Part shown: piece by piece, positions 48,125 through 58,581 of the stretch
How the letters are laid out: each line of letters starts with the position of its first letter
How positions within the stretch are numbered: the stretch's first letter is position 1
Source: Halarcobacter sp.
GTDB taxonomy: Bacteria > Campylobacterota > Campylobacteria > Campylobacterales > Arcobacteraceae
Direction: 5' to 3'
Assembly: GCA_048571215.1 (NCBI GenBank)
Contig: CP182352.1
Coordinates: 2,784,001 to 2,848,000 of the forward strand
Length of the DNA: 64,000 nt
Made by a program: the position numbers and the translations under genes
Notes under the pieces: model-generated
The model's database searches: none
Seen by the model: the letters and a program-made list of their open reading frames with translations, nothing else
Told to the model about the DNA's origin: nothing

Positions 48125-49315
48125 CTATTCTAAAGGTTCATTAACTGTAATATTACAGTTAGTTCCTTTACACTTTATATTTGCATCAAAATAATAGATT
48201 TCACTGATATCATATTTTGCATTTTTTAGTTTCATCCAGGCATCAATAGATCTACCACCTGCTGTACAGTTAAATACTACTGTTTTGCCTTTTGGTAGTT
48301 TTGCATAGAAGTCTTTTGCACTTAGCTTTTCTGCTTCTATATTTATAGCACCTTTGATATGTCCTGTTTTATACTCTTCTGGACTTGTTACATCAACAAT
48401 TTGGATAAATGAAGGTACTTTATCCCCTTTTATATATTTTAAAAGCCATTCACCATCTACACTTCCCTCATCTGAACCTAGTTTTAAACCATTTTTACTC
48501 ATAGTTGGTTTTGATGATTTTTTCACTTTTTTTATTTTTGAAGCTGATTTTGTAGTTGCTAAACCTGCTTTTTTCCATTGGGGAACTCCACCTGCAAAAA
48601 CTGAAACATTTTTATAAGCCATTGAAACCATTTTTTTTGCGACATTATGTGATTTTGCACATGCATATCCTCCACAAAAAATAATAACTCTTTGCATTTG
48701 ATGAACAGGAAATCTTCCTTTTAGCTTTTCAACTTCTGTATCAGGAATAGCAAGTGCTCCAGGAATTGTTTCTTGTAAAAACTTAGTATATGGTCTTGCA
48801 TCAATTAATAGTGCTGAATTATATTTATATGCAGCTTTGACTACTGCTAGACCAACTTCTATATAACTTTTTTTTCTCCACTCTGGCTCGCCAGCTTGGT
48901 ATAATTTTACATTTGTAAAACCATCTTTTTTAAGCATATTTGCAACTTTTGGAGATTTTCCACAAGCCCATCCTCCACAAAATACAATTATCTCTTTGTT
49001 TTTAGGAGTATCTTTTAACTGTCCCACATATTTTGCATAGTCTGTATCTGGGATATTTATAGCACTTGGAATAGTCCCTTTTACATATTTTGTCTTTGGT
49101 CTTGCATCTATTAAAACTGCTTTTGCACTTTTTCTAGTCCCTTTTCCAATTATATTTTTAACATAATTGTAATCTACAACTTGCAGTTTAAACTTATCTA
49201 TCATAGTTTGTACTTTTGCACTTGGTTTATTTAAAACTTCAGTACTATTTGCATACGCACCAGTTGATAAAAGTGTAGCTAATACTAAACTTTTAATGAT
49301 TAATTTTGCATTCAT
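48125..49315 (-). CDS. Periplasmic triple-domain rhodanese/sulfurtransferase
   Basis: Signal peptide; IDARP/IDARP/VDV domains with active-site loops FCGGWAC, FCGGYAC, NCTAGGRS. Confidence 0.88.
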   Translation of the reverse strand: MNAKLIIKSLVLATLLSTGAYANSTEVLNKPSAKVQTMIDKFKLQVVDYNYVKNIIGKGTRKSAKAVLIDARPKTKYVKGTIPSAINIPDTDYAKYVGQLKDTPKNKEIIVFCGGWACGKSPKVANMLKKDGFTNVKLYQAGEPEWRKKSYIEVGLAVVKAAYKYNSALLIDARPYTKFLQETIPGALAIPDTEVEKLKGRFPVHQMQRVIIFCGGYACAKSHNVAKKMVSMAYKNVSVFAGGVPQWKKAGLATTKSASKIKKVKKSSKPTMSKNGLKLGSDEGSVDGEWLLKYIKGDKVPSFIQIVDVTSPEEYKTGHIKGAINIEAEKLSAKDFYAKLPKGKTVVFNCTAGGRSIDAWMKLKNAKYDISEIYYFDANIKCKGTNCNITVNEPLE

Positions 49316-49327
49316 GACATATCCTTT

Positions 49328-50506
49328 TTAATTGTGATCTAAATTAAATAACTTATCAGCTATATAATACAGTACAAAACATACCCCTATACCACCTATT
49401 GAAACAGCAATTTCTGCATATGATGGAAAATATTCTATAAAGCTTGGTGGTAACTGGTATTCTCTTATTTTAAGTAATTGAAGAGGCATTAATTGAGTAT
49501 CATGAACCAAATCATATCTCATAAAGAAAATACCTACCATACCTAAAATAGATGCCCAAACCATCCCTTTTATATTTTTCCCTTTACTTACTAAAATTAC
49601 AATAAATGGAATCAACATACCTAATAAAACTTCTCCTATCAAAAAGTTACTACTTCCTAAAATATGCCAAGCAACTTCAGCTCGTCCTGGCATTCCACCA
49701 TAAATGGAAGTAAACATTCTCCAAATCTCAAAGAACATCAAAATAGCTAATAAAAGCCCTAAAATTTTAGCAAGTTTTATAAGCATAGTTTCCACTTCTT
49801 TTGGAAAATCCATTTTATATCTAAAACCATACATCAAAAATAGTAAATAAGAACCTGTTATCATAGCTGAAAGTATAAAATATATAGGAAAGAAAACTCC
49901 ATTTGATATAGGTCTTGCAATCAAAAACCCAAAAACTGCACCAAGATTACTATGGGCTGCAAGTCCTACTAAAAGTCCCCCTAATCCAAATATTTTTGAC
50001 CACTTATGGTTCTCTCTAACTAAAAATATAAATTCAATTATAATAAATCCTAAATATGCTCCATATAATGTTCCCATCCACCAAATTGCAGAAGTAAACC
50101 CAGGAGTCAATATATTGTATATTATCATCGTAACAGGATGCCCTATCTCAAGAGCTATTACTATAAACCCCGTTGATATAGTTATTATTGCTCCTAAGAT
50201 TGCACGTTTTCCTATTATCTCAAACTCTTTTACACCAAATACATGTCCAATTGATGACATTATACAAAGCCCTGTACTTGAAACAACAAAAAATACATAC
50301 ATAGCAATAATCAATCCCCACGGGTGGGTTCTTGATACATTATAAGCATGATGCCCTTCAATAAAATACATCACTGCACCAGATATAAATAATGCCACTA
50401 AAGCAAGGGTTAATATAGCCATTGTAACATTACTAAAACTCTTTTTAAAGGTAAACAACTCTTTTAAAGAGATGTCTTTTATGGGTATAATAGTTCTTAA
50501 AGTCAT
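49328..50506 (-). CDS. NrfD/PsrC-family membrane anchor
   Basis: PWGLIIAMYVFF, LEIGHP, SAIWWM; multi-TM. Confidence 0.88.
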   Translation of the reverse strand: MTLRTIIPIKDISLKELFTFKKSFSNVTMAILTLALVALFISGAVMYFIEGHHAYNVSRTHPWGLIIAMYVFFVVSSTGLCIMSSIGHVFGVKEFEIIGKRAILGAIITISTGFIVIALEIGHPVTMIIYNILTPGFTSAIWWMGTLYGAYLGFIIIEFIFLVRENHKWSKIFGLGGLLVGLAAHSNLGAVFGFLIARPISNGVFFPIYFILSAMITGSYLLFLMYGFRYKMDFPKEVETMLIKLAKILGLLLAILMFFEIWRMFTSIYGGMPGRAEVAWHILGSSNFLIGEVLLGMLIPFIVILVSKGKNIKGMVWASILGMVGIFFMRYDLVHDTQLMPLQLLKIREYQLPPSFIEYFPSYAEIAVSIGGIGVCFVLYYIADKLFNLDHN

Positions 50507-50517
50507 AACATCTCTCC

Positions 50518-51081
50518 TTATGTTAGATAAAACAATCTAGGGTCAGTACCTAAATGTGATTTTAAAGTAAAATGATCTCTTGTTCTTAAAACTTCTGATA
50601 TCTCACTATTTGGATCATCCAAATCTCCAAAAATTCTAACCTTTGTTGGACAAGTTGCTTGGCAAGCTGTTGTTGTCTCACCCCTAGCTATTCTTGTATC
50701 AGCACAAAAGTTACACTTATCAACTGTATTTGTTCTGTCATCTACATATCTTGCGTCGTAAGGACATGCGGTTATACAATATGAACATAAAATACATTTT
50801 TCAGGATCTACTCTTACCACTCCATTCTCATCATAATAAGTTGCATGGGTAGGGCAAACTTCTTGACAAGGTGCATTTGCACATTGTTGACATTGGCTTG
50901 GTTCAAAATTATTTGAAGCAATATGTAAAAGTGGAAACTCCCCTTCTATCTCCTTTGTTCCAACCCATATTCTATGATTTTCAGCACCCAATAAAATTCC
51001 ATTTTCTTCTTTGCAAGCTGTTTCACAAGCTTTACAGTTAATACAATTTTTATAATCTAGTACCATTGCGTATCTAGCCAT
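50518..51081 (-). CDS. PsrB/NrfC-like 4x[4Fe-4S] subunit
   Basis: CINCKAC, CQQC..APC..VCP, CILCSYC..ACPY, KCNFC..ACQATCP. Confidence 0.92.
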   Translation of the reverse strand: MARYAMVLDYKNCINCKACETACKEENGILLGAENHRIWVGTKEIEGEFPLLHIASNNFEPSQCQQCANAPCQEVCPTHATYYDENGVVRVDPEKCILCSYCITACPYDARYVDDRTNTVDKCNFCADTRIARGETTTACQATCPTKVRIFGDLDDPNSEISEVLRTRDHFTLKSHLGTDPRLFYLT

Positions 51082-51082
51082 C

Positions 51083-53530
51083 TTACACCTTCCTTACATC
51101 AACAATTGTTTCGTGCATTGCAGCACTTCCAAATACTGGTTCAATTACATCATCAATAATCATATTATCAGCTGCTCCATTGCCCACACCTAAAGTTAAG
51201 CTATCAGAAGTTGCGCCAAAGCCATGGATAAAAAATAGTGTATTAGTACCTATTTTTTCAGTAGGATATGCTTTTATTTGAATTTTACCTACTCCACTTT
51301 CAACCTCTACAGTATCTCCAAACTCTATCCCTTTGTCTTTTGCAACTCTTTTATTAATCCATAAATAATTCTCAGGCATTAAATCCAATAACATTGCATT
51401 ATTACAAGTAGCATTTTGAGTAAATTGCCCATGTCGTCCTGTTATGAATTTAAATTTTCCATTTGGTGTTGGAGTATATAATTCATCTCTCCATTTTGGC
51501 ATCGAATCAACACCTTTACTAGTTAGATTTCCCAATACACACTCAACTTTTCCAGAAGGAGTTTTAAATTGTTTTTTAAGAACTGCAATCTCTTTTTCAT
51601 TTACACAGGTATCATGGAAAACATCAGATTTAAATTCCCCTTTTACAATTGAATAAAATCTTCTAGCTTTTGGATACCATTCATACTCATTAGCAGATAT
51701 TTTTTTGAAGTATTTATCCATATTTAAATAATAAACACCTTTTTCTCTAAGTGTCTCCCAAGCCTCTTTTCCATAAACTTTTTCAACCATATGTTTATTT
51801 ATCTCTTCTTGACTAGATCCATATGCATCACTTAAATCAAAACCGTTCTCTTTATAATATGTTTCAATCTCAGCTTCAGTTTTACCATCAATTTCATCTT
51901 GTACATCTTCATCATATTTTTTAGTAATTTCCCATAAAGGTTTTGACATTTTTTTACCTAAGCCATACATGATTTCAATTACTGGTTTTGTTTCATACAT
52001 TGGTTTAACTACTCTTTGTCTTAGTGCAATAGAAGGTTGTGCCCCACCAAATGATTTGATTGGGTCTTCCCTTTCTAAATAAGTACACTCTGGTAAGATA
52101 ACATCTGCCATCATAGCAGTATCGCTTGGCATTGTATCAATTACAACTACTAAATCCATTTTTTCAAACATCTGTCTTGTTTTTTTAATATTTGGAATAC
52201 TTAACATTGGATTTTGTTTATAAACAAACATACTTCTTATTGGATAAGCAGATGTTCCTTCTATAATTTTATTTCTCCAAGCTATCCAAGAACCACTTCC
52301 ACCTATAATTGCTGCTGAATCTTTTTCTATTCTACCTTCAGCATTTGCATATAAAGGGGCATTTACTGTATGAGAGCCCAAAGGCAATACTTTTCCAAAA
52401 ACAATACCACCCTCTTTGTCTATTCCACCACCAAGGGCTGTAAAAATAGCTTGGGCACGTCTTAGTTGAAAATCTTGTTTACTCCAAGTTGTTCTTCTTC
52501 CTTGATAATAGATAGATTTAGGTGCATGGTGCATAAAATCCCTTGCAACTTTTTTTATCTTTGCAACTTTTATCCCTGTGATTTTTTCTGCCCATTCTGG
52601 GGTATATCCACTACTTAAAATATGTTCTTTATACTCTTCAAAACCATTAAAGTTCAAATCTACAAACTTCTTATTATATAACTCTTCTGTTAATACAACA
52701 TGTGTCATTGCAAGAACTAAAGCTAAATCAGTACCCACTTCTATTGGTAACCACTCATCACTATGAGCAGCAGTATTTGTAAACCTTGGATCTACCACAA
52801 CCAATTTGGCACCTCTTCTTTTTGTTCTTTTAAACAAGTCCATAGTATCAGGAGTTACAATAGCTTCTGCCCTATTTGCACCAGCCATTATAATATAATC
52901 TGCATTTTCTAAATCTGCTTGCCCATACCCACCAATAGTAAGAGCATATCCTGAAACTGTTGTTTGTAAACAAATCGATGAATGGTTAACAAAATTAGAT
53001 GAACCAAGCTTATCTTGCATAAATGTTTTATATGTATGCTCAGCCATCCCTTCACCTGCACAGTACCCTATACATGATCTATTATCTTTCTCTTCATCCA
53101 AAATCTTTGTCATCTTTTCAGTTATATATGTATAAGCTTCATCCCAAGTTACTCTTTTATATTTACCATCACCTCTTTTTCCTACTCTTATAAGTGGATA
53201 TTTAAGTCTATCTGGATCATATAAAGCCTGAATTCCTGCATTTCCCCTTGCACAAAGCATATTCTTTGATTTTGGAAAGTGTGGATTTGGGTCTAACTTA
53301 GTTACTACATTATTTTCAACCCTTGCATATGCTGCACATTTATTAACACACATCTCACATAAAGTTGGAACTATTTTTATCTCATTTTTATTATTTGATG
53401 TTTTAGTTGTACCAAATGTTTTCTTATCATCCTGCGATTTACTATTTGATAGTGCAGAAGTTGATGCTGCGATTACTGATAAAGCAACAGTACCTTGTAA
53501 AAATTTTCTTCTTGAAATTTCAACTTCCAT
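51083..53530 (-). CDS. Molybdopterin oxidoreductase, thiosulfate/polysulfide reductase (PsrA/PhsA-like) catalytic subunit
   Basis: Tat motif SRRKFL, CEMCVNKC...C, YDPDRLKYPL; operon with PsrB/PsrC-like genes and a rhodanese. Confidence 0.85.
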   Translation of the reverse strand: MEVEISRRKFLQGTVALSVIAASTSALSNSKSQDDKKTFGTTKTSNNKNEIKIVPTLCEMCVNKCAAYARVENNVVTKLDPNPHFPKSKNMLCARGNAGIQALYDPDRLKYPLIRVGKRGDGKYKRVTWDEAYTYITEKMTKILDEEKDNRSCIGYCAGEGMAEHTYKTFMQDKLGSSNFVNHSSICLQTTVSGYALTIGGYGQADLENADYIIMAGANRAEAIVTPDTMDLFKRTKRRGAKLVVVDPRFTNTAAHSDEWLPIEVGTDLALVLAMTHVVLTEELYNKKFVDLNFNGFEEYKEHILSSGYTPEWAEKITGIKVAKIKKVARDFMHHAPKSIYYQGRRTTWSKQDFQLRRAQAIFTALGGGIDKEGGIVFGKVLPLGSHTVNAPLYANAEGRIEKDSAAIIGGSGSWIAWRNKIIEGTSAYPIRSMFVYKQNPMLSIPNIKKTRQMFEKMDLVVVIDTMPSDTAMMADVILPECTYLEREDPIKSFGGAQPSIALRQRVVKPMYETKPVIEIMYGLGKKMSKPLWEITKKYDEDVQDEIDGKTEAEIETYYKENGFDLSDAYGSSQEEINKHMVEKVYGKEAWETLREKGVYYLNMDKYFKKISANEYEWYPKARRFYSIVKGEFKSDVFHDTCVNEKEIAVLKKQFKTPSGKVECVLGNLTSKGVDSMPKWRDELYTPTPNGKFKFITGRHGQFTQNATCNNAMLLDLMPENYLWINKRVAKDKGIEFGDTVEVESGVGKIQIKAYPTEKIGTNTLFFIHGFGATSDSLTLGVGNGAADNMIIDDVIEPVFGSAAMHETIVDVRKV

Positions 53531-53693
53531 TTCAGCTCCTTCGTATATTAATATACTCTTATTATTATATATTAATATTATAATTTTAGCATCTTATATG
53601 ATAAATAAAACTTATCTATGAATAATTGTTTATGATTTTATAAATATTAATATCTTTTATGATTAATTATAAGAATTTGTAATTATATTGTAA

Positions 53694-54818
53694 TCATTGT
53701 GGAGGGTATTTTATATTGATATCAGAGAGTAAACCTTGTTCAAAACCTTTATGACAAGCAACACAGTTTACTTTTGTTTCAACTAAATCACTATCAAAAA
53801 CTTTTTTAGGTATTTTTGAATGTATTTTTTTCCAATAATTTGTTTTTGTTATAGTATAGGCTTTCGATTTTTTTATCTCTTTTGTTAAATAATATGATGA
53901 CTCTCTTGTGGATTTTTCAGAAGAATTTACCACAATATAATTTTCTATAGTTTTAGCTAAACTTGCATCTAATTCTAAATCTTCATTATAATGATTGTGT
54001 TGATCTTTCATCAACTGTACCCAAGATTCTTTTGGTAATAAAAAGGGTGGAATTAGATTGTGGCAATCTGAACACTCAAAATAAAAATCATAGTTTTCTG
54101 CTTTATAGTTTATTTTTTCAAAAATAGATTTAGTAAAAACATTATTTGATGAATAATATGAATAGTATGCAATAGCTATCACAACAACAATATATAAGGA
54201 ACCTAAAAACTTCATTCTAAAAGTTGTTGAGATATCCTCACCTTTAGCTTTTTTAAAGCCACTAACCATTGCCATAACCATATTTGTTTTATGATAGAAT
54301 TGTTCTATTAACACCCCTGTAATATGAGCTGCAATCATAAACAATAAGATATAAACTAATATATAATGTACATTATTTATAATATCAACTTTTGATATAA
54401 GAGATGCATTTAAAAAGGAAAATAATCCATTACCCTCTTGAACTCCATAAAGTATAAAACCACTTAGACAACAAAAAATTCCAAACCAAGTTACTAAAAA
54501 GGCAAACCATGATGAGGCAGGATTATGCCCAGCAGGTATATCTCTATATCTGTATTTAATCTTTTCAATAAAATAGTATTTTAAATGTTTTATTTTAAAA
54601 TCAAAATCACTCCACCTAGCATATTTAGGTCCTATAACTCCCCAAACTATTTTCATCAATAACATACCAAATACAACAATTCCTATTGAGATATGCAAGG
54701 TAAGTAGATTTTCATAAAAAGAGCTTATATAACATGCAAAAAAAGACCCCACCAACATCCAGTGACTTAATCTACCTAAAAAAGACCATACATAAGTTTT
54801 GTATTTATAGTTGTTCAT
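53694..54818 (-). CDS. Cytochrome b/b6 domain fused to diheme cytochrome c
   Basis: RLSHW, GHNP, four TM helices; CSDCH and CVACH. Confidence 0.85.
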   Translation of the reverse strand: MNNYKYKTYVWSFLGRLSHWMLVGSFFACYISSFYENLLTLHISIGIVVFGMLLMKIVWGVIGPKYARWSDFDFKIKHLKYYFIEKIKYRYRDIPAGHNPASSWFAFLVTWFGIFCCLSGFILYGVQEGNGLFSFLNASLISKVDIINNVHYILVYILLFMIAAHITGVLIEQFYHKTNMVMAMVSGFKKAKGEDISTTFRMKFLGSLYIVVVIAIAYYSYYSSNNVFTKSIFEKINYKAENYDFYFECSDCHNLIPPFLLPKESWVQLMKDQHNHYNEDLELDASLAKTIENYIVVNSSEKSTRESSYYLTKEIKKSKAYTITKTNYWKKIHSKIPKKVFDSDLVETKVNCVACHKGFEQGLLSDINIKYPPQ

Positions 54819-54867
54819 ATTTTCCTAACAAATGAATATTCATTTATAATTAAATATTTTAAAAAAA

Positions 54868-55095
54868 TTATTTTTTGCTAAATACCTTTTTAATAAAATG
54901 AAATATAACCCTTAAAACCAAAATTATTAAATAGATTACAAAAACATACAAAAGGGGATGATACGGTAACGATTGTGAGAATAATCCCTTAATATGTTCT
55001 ATAGGATGACTAAGCCATGCAGAGTAGTGCATTAGAATAGAAGTTACAATAAAAAGTATAAAAAAAATCAATAATTCTTTTTTTATTTTAAACAA
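54868..55095 (-). CDS. Small membrane protein
   Basis: Two TM helices, HP motifs; co-oriented in the cluster. Confidence 0.6.
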   Translation of the reverse strand: MFKIKKELLIFFILFIVTSILMHYSAWLSHPIEHIKGLFSQSLPYHPLLYVFVIYLIILVLRVIFHFIKKVFSKK

Positions 55096-55146
55096 TACAT
55101 TTCCCAGCTTATAAGGTAAAGATCTATTCTTTACCCTATAATATTT

Positions 55147-55827
55147 TTAATTTTTATAAAGATAAGTCTCTATATATTTTGCCATATCTTTAGGGTCATA
55201 TTTCATACCCTTTTCTTCTATCTTATTTTGGTTATGTTCCATAATTTCGTGTTCTGTTCCAGAAGATTGATTTAATCCCCCATCTCTTATATCAATTAAC
55301 TCAACTTCAATTTCATGTGCAGTTTTATCATTTAGGGCAGGTCCTTTCTTTTTAGGATTCCCTTCACCATTTATCCCATGACATTTTGAACACATTTTTG
55401 CATATATTTCAGATACACTATAATCTTTTTTTTCATTTATATCTTTATAATATTTTGCTTCTGGATTATATGTTGTAAAAATAAAGTTTGCCATTGATTT
55501 AGGTTCATAATTCATACCCTTTTCAATAATCTTCTTCATATTATGTTCCATAACTTCATGCTCAGTTCCAGAAGATTGATTTAAGCCTCCACTTTTCAAA
55601 TCATACAAACTGATTTCAAGTTCATGTGCAGTTTGATCATTAAGTGCAGGTCCTTTTTTTGCTGGATTCCCCTCTGCGCTTTGTCCATGACATTTTGAAC
55701 ACATTTTTAAGTATATTTCAGCATCAGTATAACCATTATCTATCGCATTAGCTCCAACTGCAAAAATAGATACCAGAAAACCTAATAAAATTGCTTTCTT
55801 AGCTTGCATTTTGATTCCTTTTCTCAT
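55147..55827 (-). CDS. Diheme class I cytochrome c with internal tandem duplication (likely start ATG 55809)
   Basis: Two near-identical domains MCSKCHG...KKGPALND.TAHE...GGLNQSSGTEHE.MEHN. Confidence 0.88.
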   Translation of the reverse strand: MRKGIKMQAKKAILLGFLVSIFAVGANAIDNGYTDAEIYLKMCSKCHGQSAEGNPAKKGPALNDQTAHELEISLYDLKSGGLNQSSGTEHEVMEHNMKKIIEKGMNYEPKSMANFIFTTYNPEAKYYKDINEKKDYSVSEIYAKMCSKCHGINGEGNPKKKGPALNDKTAHEIEVELIDIRDGGLNQSSGTEHEIMEHNQNKIEEKGMKYDPKDMAKYIETYLYKN

Positions 55828-56408
55828 TTTTTGTTAGAGATAGTTACTACAACAGCACCTCTAACTTCTCCACTTTTATAGCCATATCCTCTATCGTTTT
55901 TATAAACTTCTGAGAATCTTTTTTTTGACTCTTTATCAACTTTTTTTTCTAAACCATGACATTTTTTGCAGTCTCTACTTTTCATCTGTATAGGGGCATA
56001 TACTTTATATACACCCTCCTTTACAATTTGTACTATCTGTTCTGGTTCGTATGCATCAGATTTTTCTATTAAATCAAAAGCTTTTAAAATCTTAAGCTCA
56101 TTATCTTGCGGTTTGGCATTTTTATTCCTATTATTAAGACTCACCCTTTTTATAAAAACCTTAGGAGCATATTTTTTATTTAGCTTCTCTAAAACCTTTT
56201 TAGACTCATCAATACAATAGCTAGTCATTGCCTTTGTTCCACCTGATCGTTTTGCATCTTTTAGCTCTTTTTTCAATGTGGACTCAAACTCTTTTGTAGC
56301 TTTCGCCGCAATTTTTTTCACATCTTTCAAGGCTAAATCATTTGCACCCAAAACACTTACAAATATAAATGTTAGTAAAACACTACTACTTATAAATCTC
56401 ATTTTCAA
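55824..56408 (-). CDS. DUF3365/Tll0287-like c-type heme protein
   Basis: KRVSLNNRN..AKP, CKKCHG, GYKSGEVRGA. Confidence 0.8.
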   Translation of the reverse strand: MKMRFISSSVLLTFIFVSVLGANDLALKDVKKIAAKATKEFESTLKKELKDAKRSGGTKAMTSYCIDESKKVLEKLNKKYAPKVFIKRVSLNNRNKNAKPQDNELKILKAFDLIEKSDAYEPEQIVQIVKEGVYKVYAPIQMKSRDCKKCHGLEKKVDKESKKRFSEVYKNDRGYGYKSGEVRGAVVVTISNKK

Positions 56409-56409
56409 A

Positions 56410-57885
56410 CTATGCTCTACCTGAAAGCATCCCGTAAACTGTCATTGGTTTAAGAAGATAAACTTTTAATAGCCACCAGATATATCTCTCTTGAGTTGGA
56501 TCTAAAGGAAATGATGGAGTTGGTTTTTTAGTCCAGTTAAACTCCGCTAACATAACTTTTCCAATATCTGTAATAAGTGGGCATACTGTATATCCTGCAT
56601 ATTTAGCAGTTAAATCTTTACCTTCCATTGCAGAGATAAGGTTTTCAGCTAATACTTTATATTGTTTTCTTGCACTTCCACCTGTTTTACCCATAGGTAT
56701 ACCAGCAACATCCCCTAGTCCAAATATATTTGGATATCTAGTATGTTGAAGTGTTTCTTTATCTAACTCTACCCATCCACCTTTTGATGCACTACCTTTT
56801 TGCCAAGCTAAACTTGAGTTTTTAACTGCATCAGGTGCTCTCATTGGTGGTGTAACATGGATAAAATCATATTCTCTATCTACTGCTTTACTCATAGGAA
56901 CCATAGTATACTCTTCTAAATCCTCATCCCAAGGACCTTTTTCGAACCATCTTTTTTCAAAGGTTGCGATTTTTTTATCTGTATCTATTCCTATTAAGTT
57001 ATTTCTATATTCCCATTTCATATCTCTTGCTTCAAACTGCTTTACAATTGCATCATGATATTCAGGTACACCAAACATTTTTGAACCATTTGGATAGAAA
57101 GTCATTTCAACATTGTCTCTTACTCCAGCTTCCACTAGTCTTGCATTAGTAAGGTACATGATTTTTTTTGGAGCTCCACCACATTTGATTGGAGTATTTG
57201 GGTGAGTATAAAGTGCTTTTAGTTTTTTACCACTTTTAGCTTCAGAAATCAGTTCTTGCATACCTTGCCAAGTGCTAACAGCACCATCTGCATAATAGAT
57301 TGAATGTACTCCATTTTTACCTATTTTCTTAGATACTTCAGGATTAGCTTCTGCTGAGTGTCCAACTCCTTCAAGTCCTTTGATTTGTCCATAATCTAAA
57401 ACTAATCCTGTAGCAACTATTAAGAAGTCATAAGAGATTGTATCTCCACCTTCTAATAAAATTTGATTTGACTCTGGATTAAACTCTGATACCTTATCTT
57501 TTATCATCTTAACGCCGTCTGGGATAAAATCTTTTGTATTATAAACAATATCTGACTTTTCCCAAATACCACCTGCAACTAAGGTCTGACCTGGTTGGTA
57601 CGAAACCGAAATAGGATTTGGTTCTATTACAGTTATATCTGGATTAGACAAACTATTTGATAATCTAGCAGCAGTTGACATACCTGATAAACCACCACCT
57701 ACAATAACTATTTTTGCTTTTGAATCACTTACTGTTGTTTCAGCCTCAGCTTCAGTTGCATTACCCATTAAAAATGACGCAGAACCTATACCAGCTATTT
57801 TAAGAGCATCTCTTCTTGAGATACCTTTTGCTTTAAGTTCTCCATTTATAATATCTAATGCTTTTTTTATCTCATCATTTTTCAT
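56410..57885 (-). CDS. Sulfide dehydrogenase flavoprotein (Sqr/FCSD-like) with Tat-like signal
   Basis: SRRDALK, VGGGLSG, YQPGQTLV, PIKCGGAPKK, YAGYTVCP. Confidence 0.85.
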   Translation of the reverse strand: MKNDEIKKALDIINGELKAKGISRRDALKIAGIGSASFLMGNATEAEAETTVSDSKAKIVIVGGGLSGMSTAARLSNSLSNPDITVIEPNPISVSYQPGQTLVAGGIWEKSDIVYNTKDFIPDGVKMIKDKVSEFNPESNQILLEGGDTISYDFLIVATGLVLDYGQIKGLEGVGHSAEANPEVSKKIGKNGVHSIYYADGAVSTWQGMQELISEAKSGKKLKALYTHPNTPIKCGGAPKKIMYLTNARLVEAGVRDNVEMTFYPNGSKMFGVPEYHDAIVKQFEARDMKWEYRNNLIGIDTDKKIATFEKRWFEKGPWDEDLEEYTMVPMSKAVDREYDFIHVTPPMRAPDAVKNSSLAWQKGSASKGGWVELDKETLQHTRYPNIFGLGDVAGIPMGKTGGSARKQYKVLAENLISAMEGKDLTAKYAGYTVCPLITDIGKVMLAEFNWTKKPTPSFPLDPTQERYIWWLLKVYLLKPMTVYGMLSGRA

Positions 57886-57972
57886 TATAAATATCTTCCC
57901 CTTTATTTATGTTGGTAAAGGATAGCAAAAAAGAGATAAGACAAGTCTTAAGTTTTTCTTAATTTTTTAATA

Positions 57973-58581
57973 TTAATTATAAATATAACTTATAATATAT
58001 TTTGCTAGTTCATAATCTTCTTTTCTATTTAAGTTTAAAAACTCCATATCATCGGCAAATCTTATAATATTAACTTTACAATTTTTTTGAAGATATCCAA
58101 CTTTATGAATATTATTTTCTAACATTTGTGAAATCGAAAATAAGTTGGACTTATCAAATACTCCACATAAGTTTTGGATTCTAAAAGTTTTTGCAACTGT
58201 AATATCAAAATTTTTAGATTCTTTTATTAGCTTAGATATTGATTCTATTTTTACAAAAGGGGAATCAACAGTGATTATAAAAACTTTTTGACTCTCAATT
58301 GATTCTAAGATTTTTTTTAAGGCAACTATAGGGGAATAGATATCACTATCATCATAAATAATATTAGATTCTTCATCTTTATCACTATTTTTTAGAAAAT
58401 CAAATTTATCAATTTTTGAAGAGATATAAGTTTTTTTAAAGTAAGGTTTTAGTCTATCATATTGGTATTGAATGAGGGTTTTATGATTCCCAAAGGGAAG
58501 AAGTGCTTTATCTTCTCCCATTCGTGAACTTCTACCACCTGATAATATTACACATGGAATATCAAAAGGTTTTTGAAGCAT
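57973..58581 (-). CDS. mobA: Molybdenum cofactor guanylyltransferase
   Basis: ILSGGRSSRMGEDKA, VDSPF, NLN. Confidence 0.9.
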   Translation of the reverse strand: MLQKPFDIPCVILSGGRSSRMGEDKALLPFGNHKTLIQYQYDRLKPYFKKTYISSKIDKFDFLKNSDKDEESNIIYDDSDIYSPIVALKKILESIESQKVFIITVDSPFVKIESISKLIKESKNFDITVAKTFRIQNLCGVFDKSNLFSISQMLENNIHKVGYLQKNCKVNIIRFADDMEFLNLNRKEDYELAKYIISYIYN

